Shown: positions 23,451 to 35,100 of the stretch, piece after piece | Layout of the letters: each line of letters starts with the position of its first letter | How positions within the stretch are numbered: the stretch's first letter is position 1 | NCBI GenBank assembly: GCA_010909165.1 | Contig: MU008161.1 | Location: 930,001 to 994,000, forward strand | Source: Anthoceros angustus | Taxonomy: Eukaryota; Plantae; Anthocerotophyta | Length of the DNA: 64,000 nt | Reading direction: 5' to 3' | Notes under the pieces: generated by a model | Databases searched by the model: none | What the model was told of the DNA's origin: nothing | What the model saw: the letters and a program-made list of their open reading frames with translations, nothing else | Translations under genes and position numbers: made by a program

Positions 23451-26400
23451 AGTGCCCCTCTCTCTTCCCTATTTTCCCTACCTACGTCTACGGTGGTGGG
23501 GCTGTGGTTGACCCGGATTCCTTCTTGGCACTGGCAGCCCAATCCCCAGCTCTGGCATTTGCGGTGCACCCAATCGGATGATCCGCGACCCCCGGAGCCC
23601 CGCGGAGGCTCTTCCTCTGCCTCGGATTCTGTCCGGCTGCGCCACTGGAGGTGGATTGATAACTGCGGTGACCACCAAGTCTTCCTCCTCGCTGTCCATT
23701 GGCGCGCTGGTGGGTCCCCATTCTGCGGATCCGTCTGGAGCCCGTTCTTCCTGGGTGGGTTGAGACTGACTCTCATCCACACCTACCCCTACTCCCTGGG
23801 TTAGAGCTTCTGGACTCGCTCCCCCCTCCTGAGTCCGGACCTCGGGATCCGTCCTCACCTACTGAGTCCAGACCTCGAGGTCCGTCCTCTCTAATCTCCG
23901 AACGTCCAAGTCCGAAGCATCCCCCAAGGGTCCGTCTTCCCTAACCAGACCCCCCCTTCCTTCATCCCCCTGTACCGGTTCCCGCGCTTCCTGGACCTCC
24001 CCTTCCGCGTTCTGCTTCGGAGCTCTCTCTTTCCCTCCTAACGTTGGGTGCGACGGACTTACCTCTGGCCTTGTTGTCTCCGCCGCATCCCCCTCCTCCG
24101 GTTGTCCTTCCTCCTCTAGGCCCTCCCCACTGCTGCTCTTGTTGCCAAACAGGGCTCCAGATTCCCTGTGGCAGTGCTCTCTCCCAGGCCCGCGTCCCTC
24201 CAGACTCCCTCCGACTCCTCTGGTAAACCTTTGATTTCAGCAGCGTGGTGTGGTGCCTCCACCGCCTTAAGGAGCTCCCCGTGATAATACGCGAAGTCGG
24301 AGTCGACTTGCTGGATGGCCTCCTCCACATGGGCGCGAAGCACTCGATATTCCCGCCTCCAGAGGTTCTCCGGCAGCTGGGCGTGCCTGGTTGCCTATTG
24401 TGCCGTCCCCATCGCGAGGTCATCCAGCCGGGACCTGGCCGAGTCCCTAAAGCCACTAAGGCGGCCTCCGCCACTTCCTGGAGTCATTGCCTCTCCTTGG
24501 CGCACTCCTCCTCTTGCTGCTTTTGCAGCTCGGCCACCTTTCTGGCCATGGACCGGAGTTCCCCTTCTGCCTTCCGTAGGCGGATCAGCAACTTCTGCTC
24601 TTCCTTTAGAGCCCTCTCCTGCCTTGCCATCTACTTCTTCAGGGCCGCCATATCTTGTTCCAGATGCCCCAGCAGCTCCGCTCGATGCCTAGCGTTGTCC
24701 AACACCCTCTCCAGTTCGGCGACGTCTTGCTCCTTGCTACGCCGGCACCCCTCCTCCACCCTCAAACAGAGCTGGAGACGTTCTATTTCCCACTCATGAT
24801 CCTCAATTCGCCCTTGGAGGAGACCGTTCCGCTCTTCCACCAACCGGAGTCGCAGCTCCATAGTCTCTTTCTGGCCTTCCAACTCCTGGCACCTTTCTTC
24901 CAAATCATGGAGCTGTACACGGAGATCCCCCAACTCTCTGGTGTTTGCTTCCATCTCCTCTTCATGGACCACCCGTGCTTGCTCTGCGGCCGCCTACTCC
25001 GCCTTCAGGCTTGCCGTGGCCTCTCCTACCACTTCCCTCCACCGGTTTTGATCTCGACAGTAGTGGTCTCTATCTGTCTTGGCAGAGGCCTCCGCCTCTC
25101 TTGCTCCCTTTAGCTCAGCCTCCCATGCCTGGCTCTGCTCCTGTCGGGCAGTTTTGGCCAACTCTTTGGCCCTCTCGCGATACGCGTGCTTCCTCCGCTT
25201 CAGCCACCTCCTTCTTGGCATAGGTCTTCCGCCGTCTGCGCCTCACAGGCGTGCTTGGCGATGCCAGTTGGAGCACTGTCCTACTAGGCGGACCTTGCCT
25301 CTGACTCGGCCGTTCGGCGCTTCTCCTGCTCGATCCTAGCGAGGGATTGCTTCCTCTTGGCAGCACTGCTGCACCGCCTTGGAGCTCCACCATTCGCCTT
25401 CGGGTGGCCTCCACTTCCTGGGTCTTCTCTGCTGTCCCGTCGAGTCCCCAGAGCATACCGTCCATAACGGCGTAACCAAGGATGTGTCTCTTCTCACAGT
25501 GGCTGGCGGCCCCAGAAGTCCGTCGAGGGCGTAGGTATCTCCCGGTCTATTAAGGACCGCCATACCGTTGTCCGGAGTGAGTCCGGATTAGGGACTCCAG
25601 ACCCAATCAGGACCGTCAGATCCTGTCCGTTTTGAGCCGGCCCTTCCACCTCCTTGGCTCTCTTCGCGGGTAACTCTTTCTCTGCCCGCCTTCGCTTGGG
25701 GTCCGAAGGTGGTGAGGGGGTCCGGGAGCTGGCCCGCTTTCCCCTCCGCGTAGGTGACAAGACTGGCTCGGGGTGGGGTTGCTGCCAGTGTCCCCCGGCG
25801 CCTTGGGCTGCATCGCGATCCGCCCTCCTCACTGCTTCTTCCGCCTCCTGCCACTCCGTTAGCAAGGGTAGGGGCACTGGAGCTGTCCTTGGGGCGGTGG
25901 TGGTGGGTGTCGTTTTCCTCTTCTTTGCTTCTCTCCTAGTCCGGCGGGGCTCGGCGGCTTGGGCCGGAGCAGGTTACGGGGTTGCTTGGGTAACCGCCAC
26001 TATCTCCCTCCCTCTCGTAGTAGCCTCCGGGGATGGTTGTTCCGATGGAGGGACCAAGAGGAGGGAAGCGGGAATATCTTCCGATACTTCCCTTGGCGGA
26101 GACGGGGTCCGCTCCAGACGTATGGAGTTCGGAATTCCCTCCCAGTTCTCGTCCTCCTGAGCGCGCCTGGACTTGGGTGGGCGACCCTCCGGTTCCTGTG
26201 TTCTGTCCTCCCGCTCCGCTTCGGGCAGGGTCGCCAGCCCTTTTCGGAGCACTCGCTCCTCTTCTCCTTCCTTCAGGAGGTTGAGGTGTCCCCACACATG
26301 GACGATGAACGGGGACAGCGCTGATGGGGGGTAGCCTCTCGTTCCTCAACTTCCTTGACTCCTGGGCCACCCCGGCGAAGATGATCCCAATCCGCCCTCT

Positions 26401-27408
26401 TGCCCCTCTGAAGGGCGTGAAGGAAAACTAGCAGATTGTCACCAAGGTGGTCCACCTTGGTGAGCATGTTCCAGTGGACGATAATCTTCGCCATTGTCCG
26501 TATCCGTCAGTCCAATAGGTCCGACATGAGCCACCCGTTAGAGGACCGCTGCGTCCCCGGCCTCAGGAGTGCCACCTTCGCGGCCTCCACCTTCCCTTTC
26601 ATCTTTAAGGGCTCTGGCACTACCCCGGGGCCCTACCTCTTCCGCTGGGCGATCGTAGACCGCCTTAAGGACCTCCACGGTCCATCTCCTCGGGTCCTCC
26701 CGCAAGCTCTTAGAGCGGACGGACTTGGTGGCCGCCGCCAACATCTTCCGGGTGTATTCCCGGATCAACGCCACGCTGTCGAAGGTCCACACTACTTGAA
26801 AGATGTCCAGGTGCCACTCCTGCACCAGCTCCTCCGCCTCCGCCAGCCAGGGGCCGAAATCTGGGTAGCGCCTCGTGACGATGTTCTTCTCCACCAAGCG
26901 CCAGGGCTCCCAGACCTTTGCCGCCTTCTTGGGTCCCATCCTTGCGCTCTGGTTGGTCCACTGCTGAGGGGTGGTGGGCAAGGATGTCCCGCTAAGTTCC
27001 ACAGCAATGGGCGCGCAGTTCGAAGGCGATGGCCGCTCAGAGGTACGCTTGGGCGTCGGAAGAGAAAGCGCCAGAGAGCGGGATGTCTGAGTGCGAGTGA
27101 CCGCGAAAACTGCCGGGAAGTCGGTCAAGAGAATGGCCTTCTCTCAGCGTCGGAGCCTCGGGAGTAATTGAAGCGCAGGAAGACGTCCTTTCGCTACCAA
27201 TAAGCGCAGTCACATCGTACTCTAGCCTTCACGCCGCCTTCTTGGCGCATGTCCTTGGTCGGTTACCGCCCATAACGGCCGACAACCCATGATCCTGGTC
27301 CCTCGCATGCCCATCCTCCTCTCAGCACCGTACACGTGGCCCCCTTGCCTATTGCGCTCCACCCCTTTTCCGAAGTTACTTTTCCTGGCGGACTTATTGC
27401 GTTCTACT

Positions 27409-27496
27409 CCGGAGTTTGGTCTGGAGTGGCCTACTTCGGAGTTTGGTCCGGAGTGGCCCACTCCGGAGTTTGGTCCGGAGTGGCCCACTCCGGAGC
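27409..27496. repeat. 27-bp tandem repeat x3
   Basis: Unit ccggagtttggtccggagtggcccact, three copies. Confidence 0.9.
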
Positions 27497-27665
27497 TTCC
27501 TGCTACCCGACCCCATCGCTTCCTGCCGTCCATCGCCATTCCCGTTATTCAACCTTATTTCTCCCTTTTCTGCCTTATTTCCCACCCAACACTAACGAAA
27601 ACAAAAAAAAAAACGGTCTATTACCTTCCTAAGGGGGGGAGTCCACAGTTTTCTCCTTGTCCACA

Positions 27666-27688
27666 CATACCAAAGAGGACAGAGGGGA
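27666..27688 (+). repeat. Left inverted repeat CATACCAAAGAGGACAGAGGGGA
   Basis: Exact reverse complement of 51506-51528; imperfect similarity continues into GGGC-ATTTTTTT. Confidence 0.85.
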
Positions 27689-27959
27689 AAGGGCATTTTT
27701 TTCACGCGCAAAACTTTTGCTCACATGTGAGCACACGTCTTTTTGGTGTCCGTTTTGGTAACCCGACCGAAATGGGGTAGCCCAAAGCGACGCACAGCCA
27801 CGCCCGCTCAGAGGTGAGCAGAAGGGAACTTACTTTTTTTCCCGCACTCATTGTGGTTTTTTCTCGCGCGCGCACCAAGAAAATTTTTTTCTGCCCACGC
27901 TGTCTTCCACTTTAGGGTGCGCCAGGTGGCATATGCAAGCCACCTGCCCGTTTTTAGGG

Positions 27960-28560
27960 TTCATGTCCTAGGAGGGTGGAGCAGGGCGAGGAACACCGCC
28001 TTGGCGAGGCTGCTTTGGGCGGCGCGAGGCGGTGCTCGGGGCGACCGGCGGGCGGCGACAGGGCAGGCGGAGGCGAGTCGCGCAGGCGGGCGGCAGTGCA
28101 AGCGGCGAGCACATCGAGCGGCGGCGGCGAGCACATCGAGCGGCGGCGGCTGCGGTCAGGCGGGCGGCAGGCAGCGGGCAGGCGGGCGGGCGAGCCCGGC
28201 CCGCTACTGACGGAAGTTGGGGCGGGGCAGCGGCGAGCAGGCGGATCGGGTTGGGGCGAAGTTCTCTGGCAGGCAGGCGGGCAGGCGGGGCAGTCGGGGC
28301 AAACACGAGGCTGGGCAGGCGGGCTTGATCGGCGGGGCGGAGGTGGGCGGCGGGCGGGCGGGCGGCGGCTGAGCTGCGGTCAGGCGGGCGGGCGGGCGGG
28401 GTGGGTCAAGGAAGGCGGGCGGGCGGGCGGGCGGGCGGCGGCGGGCGGGCGGCGGCGGGCAGGCGGGCGGGCGGGCGGGCGGGCGTGGCGTGGTGTGGCG
28501 AGGTGAGGCGGTCAGGCGGGCAGGCGGGCAGGCGGGCAGGCGGGAGGAGGCACCGCAGTG
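27960..28560. repeat. GC-rich low-complexity (GGGC/GGCA)n tract, G-quadruplex-prone
   Basis: Runs such as ggcgggcgggcgggcggcg and gcgggcaggcgggcagg. Confidence 0.85.
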
Positions 28561-30177
28561 TCGACCCTCCCCATCCACCACACCAAGCACCTATTAACCT
28601 CGTCCCCATTTCTTGTTGCCCATGGTGATGCCGAATTGTTTGATGCTCCTTTTCTTGCAAATGGCTGACATCCACACGGCTGCCTGGTGCCACTACAAGT
28701 AGTTTTGCAGGCATATTGCGGTTGTGGGCGGGATGGCAGGCACTAGCCCACCCTCTCCTCCTCACATGCCGCAAGCCCCGCAGCCTGCAGCCACAGCGTG
28801 TGCGGGCCAGCTGTGGAGGTGGGTTCCACGCTCTCCTCCAAGCTCACCCGATCCTAATATGTGGAGTGCGTTGTTTTACAGGTCTTATGACCCGAAGAAG
28901 CCAATGGATCCTCTGTCCTACGAGGAGCTTGATGCGCTGTTGCAACATGCGGAGGACCACAACGAACACGATAATTTTTGAAGGGGGTTAATAATCTCGA
29001 AGGGGGTTTTCCGCAAATAATCTCGAAGGGGTTTTGATGGGCCCTAAAAGCGTTTGAAGGCATTGCGCGACTCGAAAAAAGGTGTCACCGGTAAAGTTAC
29101 TACTTTCCATCCGGCAATGTTTGTGTCGAATGGTGGTATGACTCGAACCTAGGGAATGATGCAAAGTAGGAGCGGTGAGGAAGGCCGTTCTGCGGGCGGG
29201 GCAGTAAACTCGATTTTGGGATGGAAATGTGGTTTTGTTATGACACCACAAAAGCCACGGACGGTATTTCCTAACACGAAACATCGACGGACTTACAACA
29301 TTAACTCGGGACCCGGGAAAAAGCAGATTTGATTTCTCATCCCGAGTTCAATCCATCGTCATCACTTGGTCCGACTTCTCCTCCATTGTCATCACTATCT
29401 TGACACTTTCACTCGCGGGTTGTATGAAGCCACGCAACTCATGAGCTTATCCCTTATCGCTTTTTGTCCACCGTGACATGACAGATGTTTCCGCATGCTC
29501 AACACAAACCCATAATACAGGATGACTTTCATCTACAAATACCTCGTATGTTTTTAGGTAATGGATCTTATTCCCTTTTTCCTCGGCATTGGACGGATGG
29601 GTTACCACTCGGCGGACTATGTTCTGCACATATCTCCTTCATACGCATCTGTGCTCGGTCCGATACTAGTGGATAAGAAAGTGAGGTCGTGGTGCGTTTA
29701 GCTTCACGTCAATGACCTCCCAATCCGAATGGCTGTATGCGTGTCCGTATTGCACGCGAAACATCCTCTCGGTTCCGTTATGTCCCCATTCATCCGTGCC
29801 ATTTCCACGTTGCCTTCCCGCATTTTGATATGCCCCAAATACATATCACGCGTGGAGGTCCCTCAATAATGCCTCATCTAGCAAAGCTTCATCCGCACTT
29901 GAAGTGGTCAGTCAGTATGATCCACTTCTGCGTGAAAACCACTTCCAAGGACGTGTAGCACTAGCCCAATGTTATTCTCCACAATGATAGCAATCTCCTT
30001 CCGGTCCACCCAAAAGGCTTCCCACCACTTATACTCTTCATCCTATGGATGCAAATCTTTTAACCCTTCACGCAAATGGGCCACACCTTCCATCGGTGAT
30101 AGGATACCGCTGCCCTTCTTGTCCCCCTAGCTTCACCCGCATGCACCGTAGGATGGTGGGAGGGAGCGCGCGCCGAC

Positions 30178-30510
30178 CGGCCGCCTCCCCTAGCACTCAT
30201 GGCTGGCCGGCCGCCGCCTCCCCTAGCACACCGCCATGGGCCGGCCGGCGCCTCTAGCACACCGCCATGGGCGCCGCCGGCGCCCAACACGCCCGCCGCA
30301 CGCCGGCCGCCGGCGCCTCCCCTAGCACACCGCCCATGGCGCCGGCGCCTCCCCTAGCACACCGCCCATGGCGCCGGCCGCCTCCCCTAGCACACCGCCC
30401 ATGGGCGCCGCCGGCGCCTCCCCTAACACACCATGGGCGCCGGCCGCCCCCACACGCCCATGGCCGGCGCCTCCCCTAGCACCCTGCCCCACCCATGGGC
30501 CGGCGCCCCT
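30178..30510. repeat. GC-rich minisatellite, ~33-bp unit, about 8-10 degenerate copies
   Basis: Recurrent ccggcgcctcccctagcacaccgcccatgg. Confidence 0.85.
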
Positions 30511-33169
30511 CCTCCTAGGCTGTCTTCAAGAAAATATATTTAGCGCCTCAAGAGTTGCAACTTGGGATTGTTGGTCAAGTGTTTGGGAAATAAGTGTAGT
30601 AATGAATAGGTTGCGTGTTCAAACCCGTATCTTCCTAACAACTCAATTTTGTTGATTTTAAGGATGCTTGCATGGGCGCATGGGCAACTAACTTTGTTCA
30701 TTTTAAGGACGCTAGCATTGCCTTAAAGCCCAAGTGGTTGCATTGAGTGCCGAAGGTTGAAGACCACATTGGCGACCTTTTGGATGAGGGTCGGACCCTA
30801 GATCTTTGTGTGGATCGACCGTCGACTGAGCCCAAGAATGATACTATTGAAGGCAGCAAGCAATGGAGGAGAACGACAACTTCGAGGCGGAGGATATGGA
30901 CCGCCTCGAATATGGCGGTGGTACTTGACTCGATTTGGCGCAAGGCATGGATGAGTCGCCGCCGCACTCTTGAATGACTATTGTCGATCGATGACCACTT
31001 CCTCCTTAGTTGTTTGTTGCAATGTTCTCACGACCATTGAAATAAGACTCCGCTAGTACAAGATTGTTTTCATTGTGTTCCACCACTTGAAAGTAAAAGT
31101 TTTCGGTTGTAATAAACATATGAAAATGGCAGCCCTCTATGCATTCTACTAAAACGCAACGGGCCCACACCCTACTGTGCTCCAGTTCTCGGGTGTAGAC
31201 TTGAAAGTGCATCTTTTATCAAAGGTATGACCTCAGAAAGGGTGTGTGCATTATCAAAGTAGGGCACATATCTTTGTTCTAGGAAAGGTGTTCTTCGTGA
31301 CAAGGGGTCTTGTCTCGGCGAAGGTCGATATATCCCCCTTCAAAATTATCGTGTTAACGACCTCATCCGCCACATAGAGAACTACCCTCGGACTTGAGTT
31401 CTTTTGAGGGCGATAATTCATAGTATTTGGTGGACTGGACTTCATCTTTGCGAGAGTGCCTTCCAGGCTGAGCGCACTATTTCATGCATACTCATTTTGA
31501 TGGATGGCTATTAACAAGGTCTCCTTAGAGTGGTGGCTCACTGGTCACTAGTTGGAAGGGTGTACACGGGTCGAAAGGTATACAAAAGCCACCCAAAACC
31601 ATGTTTTCTGATTTCATTAAAAAAACCCCTAAACCTAGGAGCAAATCATAGAGGAATCTGTTTTCCCGTGTTGTATGTCCTCATCTCATATTAGTTTGGC
31701 TAACCAGGGTACATTACCTATAAACGCAGATTTGAAAATCGAGGCAACTTTGTATGGACAACAAAAATACAAACGCGCAATGGAAAATCCATATGTGTTG
31801 AGTCGGTGTCCACCGTCATGGTCACCCCTCTACATTAGTGGGGAGGGTCGTGGTGGCACCGGACGTTCTGTGCATAAACCTTGCATCTCCTGCCCAATGT
31901 CGGCGCAGGAGTGGAGGAAGATTTCGGACTGCCTTCCGCTCATGTCTGTACCCCCGCGAGCCGCGACCCCCGTCTGCGAATCGTTTGGAAGTGGCTTGCC
32001 ACTGCCTCGGAATATTTGCATGCGATGGAGACCTCACCTCCGACGGTGACTAAACGAGAATTCCACATGGGCGATGGAAATTGGAAGTTGACGCACTGGT
32101 GGCAATCACAACATGGGCGGGTTCCTTTCAATCACGCTGGAGTGATCCGCACCTTCATTGCTTGGTCCTTAAGGAATTTGGTTGAGGCGGGGAGGCGGTG
32201 CAAACTCGTGACCTTTGTTGCAGCGTGTTGATCAACACACGGATTCCACTCGGGGTTGGAGGCGGTGTGAATGGTGTGGAGGGCAAAGGAGCACGACATG
32301 TCGGTGTACTTCTTGGTGGTCAAGGATAAAATTGGAGAAAGTCATATTGCTACATGTGTGTAGGCGGTGTTAGTGCACTATGTGAAAGCGATTGAACATC
32401 GTGTGTTTGATTGGATTGTCACATGACATCCATTGTCATCTTCATACACCATTTTATCTCGTGGGTTTACAACATACATAGTCTTCCCTAGCGAGGAGAT
32501 TAGGAAACGATTTGGCGATTGTATTGATCGCTGCATGCATGCGAATGGGCGCGCCGCGCTTCTTTGAAATCGGTCCGTTGTTTACGAAATCCATACCTTG
32601 CACGGTTGTGCGACGCGCCCATGATCTCGCTCATCAAATACCCGGCGGCAATCAGCGAACACATTCTCCACCACTCCCATGCTTCCTAGCTTGCGTGCTC
32701 CACCAGCACCGTGTTCGTTGTCTAGAGTGCCTCCGGGGACCTTGCCGCTGATGTGTTTGTTGTGTTCATAGCACTTTGCTTGCATGCGTTCTACCAGTGC
32801 GAGATACCACCATCCGGTGCTTAAGACCCACGGTTCCTCCTACGAATCCTCGAAACAAACACGTAGCCTATCCACGTACGACACACCTCGATCGTGAAGC
32901 AAAGTTTTCCAATCCTACATCCCCACCATCGGGCCAAGCGGAGGGTGCTCTTCGCCTCCTTCACTTCTTGCTCCGCATCCCCAAGGACCATTGAGTTGTC
33001 GCTGCATGCTTCACCACTTGCCATATGACCCTTGGTCTCGGGCTTCCTCGTTGGTCTCGCTTCACGACACATATGAACCCGGGCACCACCATGTTGTTCA
33101 CCATGGGCTCCTTATTGAACGTCTTTCCGCCTCCATAGCCTCCTCGCCCACCTCCTCCTCTTCCGGCCA

Positions 33170-33800
33170 GTGTCCATGGAATTGATTCGAAGGTCCATGA
33201 ATTGGCACACGGATCCACATCAGCGAAATGACATTACGGCATAAGCGAGCAATGCTATCATACCCGACCCCGATCCTGCGCACCGTCCAAAGACCCAATC
33301 TCCCTCTCATCATTGAATCAACCTCTTCAAGAGTCTTAGGGGCTTGATGGAAACAACCCGATCATCCGCGGTGTAACACAATTTTAGTTCCTTTGCTCGT
33401 TAAAAACACAGTTGTCACTCCACCGCCAAGTTGCGTCGGTTCTCGAGCACAAGCGGTTGAGGCACACAATCCTTATCCAAGCTCCTGCGCAAGTGAAAAG
33501 TCCCACACATCGGCTGTCCTCGACAATGTCACATTGGTTTTATGCCGGTAACATGTCGTAAAGCACCCGCGCTTCCATCGGACTTCTCACCATAGATGTG
33601 TCATCCGAGAATGGAAGACCACAATACGAAATACAGGATGTGGTGATGCCTTTGAACGCATGATGACCCCTTCAAACTACGCCTTGGTAAATCTTGTGTC
33701 ATACTCTCGTGATTGGGGATCTAGATCCAAGCCTGGGAGGTCTAACAACAACAAAGCATACGGTCGGGGCTCTACAAACCGGGCCATGTTCACTATGTTC
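33170..33800 (-). pseudogene. Beta-class N6-adenine/N4-cytosine DNA methyltransferase domain (frameshifted as assembled)
   Basis: Catalytic motif IV-like ALLLLDLP-G (33734-33742). Then (H)QKPLRLLKRLIQ (33313-33349; HQ needs a frameshift), EGDWV(LD)xCAGSGSGMIA (SAM motif I, ~33255-33305) and RNVISL(D)VDP. The order IV then X/I defines the beta class. Confidence 0.8.
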
Positions 33801-34799
33801 CCACATATCCCGACCTTGGGTTTTTCGGCTTGGAGTCGTTCACGATTGTCATCACTTATCCTCGGTGTGGTCGATTTCAAGGCACGTTGACTCCTCCATC
33901 GCTTCCAAGCTCGCCTTGAATATGTGCTCCTTGAAGTTCTCGGTAGGGCACCCCACTCAAGGCAAGTGTTGGCACGCACATGAAAGACACATCCCCACCG
34001 GTCAAATGCAAGCGGCGTTCTCGTTCGATATGCGGTGTGAATGCCTCCACTTTCCATGACTTATAAGGACAAGAAGCGGCCTGAGAAACTACGATTTGGG
34101 TATAGCTAAGTGTTCATCGAGGGACCCGGTTTTTGAAGTGGAAGTTACTAATTTGATTCACCATGCATGTCGGGATATCGTTCTGAACCTCTTCAAATGT
34201 CTCACAGTGCAAATGCTTGGCAGTCACATGGATGAGGTTGAGTTTTTGGCCTTGTCCACCCACACGAACATTTGTTTCAATGTCAATTCTCGGCCGGGAC
34301 TTTCATGCATCTTGTCTTCAAGTTGTTGTTCCAGCATTCGATGCCACGAAACACTTCCATACCCTCACTGGTATACTAAGCTCCTTTGTGTCAATGACCA
34401 AGTTTGCTCTAACCGCGGCTGTTGTCTTCCTTGAATTCCTGCGGGCCTTCGACTGTTTGGCTGTGAGAGCCCGAGCTGCTTCCACCTGCTCAGGCAACTG
34501 TTTCGTCTCCCACTTCTCAAAGATTTCATCCACGTACTTCCACACCTCATCATCAACCTTCGCAACACAATAATCCAGTGTCCGGTTGTCCACGAGGCGG
34601 TGATAACTGACCTTAGGTCCATGCTTGGCTGCATCCCACTTAGGAACCACCTTGACGGCATATATCTCCAACTTCGTCTAAGTCACACTTGACCCATCGC
34701 TAGGCCTTCATCTCGATTCGATGTACCTCACACGGTCGATGAAAGTAAAAGTCTTCACGGCATCCGCAATGGTGTTGTGATCGTGGCAACTAACCTCAT

Positions 34800-35100
34800 C
34801 TCCTCATTTGTGAGGCCAGAACATATGCATCCATCCACTGTACTCTTGAACCAATGGATACAAGTCGGCTAGTCTAGATCGCTGGAAGGAATGATTCCTC
34901 CCAATACATAAAATTTGTACACCCCGATCCACCTTATCCATGTCAAAGAAGTTCTTGTTGGGACAGGCCGGGTCTACAATGACAATCATGGGCAGCACAC
35001 CACCCGTGGAATGCTTCATCTTTTGCATCAAAGCCTCCACCCAAGCGAGTCTAGCTTACGTACCTTGCCCGACATAGTTCTTCCGAGGTCTACAACGTGA
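34800..35100 (-). pseudogene. ParB/sulfiredoxin-like domain, same reading direction, upstream of the MTase domain
   Basis: KVRKLDSLG-EALMQKMKHSTGGVLPMIVIVDP...VQILCIGRNHSFQ resembles the ParB-N pattern (R.LD...V..L...I...G.L.PI.V...Y.II.G.HR). Confidence 0.6.

Larger units (their letters stand above)
23193..27640 (-). mobile_element. 3' half of a probable Ty3/gypsy (Athila/Tat-like) element: frameshifted env-like/extra ORF with coiled coil, PPT and 3' LTR; no gag-pol
   Basis: Degenerate ORF chain 27128 to ~24100: FGPWLAEAEELVQEWHLDIF..., IIVHWNMLTKVDHLGDNLLVFLHALQRGKRADWDHL, P/R-rich linker, long coiled coil (LHDLEERCQELEGQKETMELRLRLVEER). Ends at the PPT and LTR. Confidence 0.6.

Noticed and set aside
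27187-27199. PBS-like TGGTAGCGAAAGG on the - strand upstream of the gypsy-like ORF
   Set aside because: Not preceded by an LTR end (no copy of 23193-23450, no CA), so it cannot be supported as a primer-binding site.
27655-27670. Target-site duplication for the giant element
   Set aside because: Flanks CACA| and |CCAT do not match at 2-5 bp. The 23-bp repeats may be subterminal, or an end may be eroded. No TSD is claimed.
29810-29860. P-loop-like VICIWGISKCGKATW on the - strand (CRESS Rep or helicase?)
   Set aside because: It lies in a stop-rich frame with no Walker B or motif C. Another frame reads as the more plausible protein.
30178-30510. CRISPR-like appearance of the GC-rich repeats (also 19917-20018 and 27409-27496)
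   Set aside because: Units are contiguous or degenerate without unique spacers, there are no cas genes, and the context is eukaryotic.
31200-31450. Ulp1 protease-like LYVADEVVNTII (and CCGIHTL near 49090)
   Set aside because: No His/Asp/Cys triad in the correct order could be assembled; short resemblance only.
31780-31930. SET-domain-like ARFMH... or TET/JBP-like HxD hints
   Set aside because: The motifs are incomplete and spread over different frames. Left as unresolved cargo.
32255-32330. pogo/DDE_1-like ILD...LLCPPHHSHRLQP on the - strand
   Set aside because: Spacing is too short, and codon bias favours a different frame (TTKKYTDMSCSF).
33170-33800. Calling the MTase an orthologue of Marchantia DN4MT1 or bdelloid N4CMT
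   Set aside because: The catalytic motif here begins with D (DLP), not S, and the protein has a ParB-like domain. Orthology needs a phylogeny.
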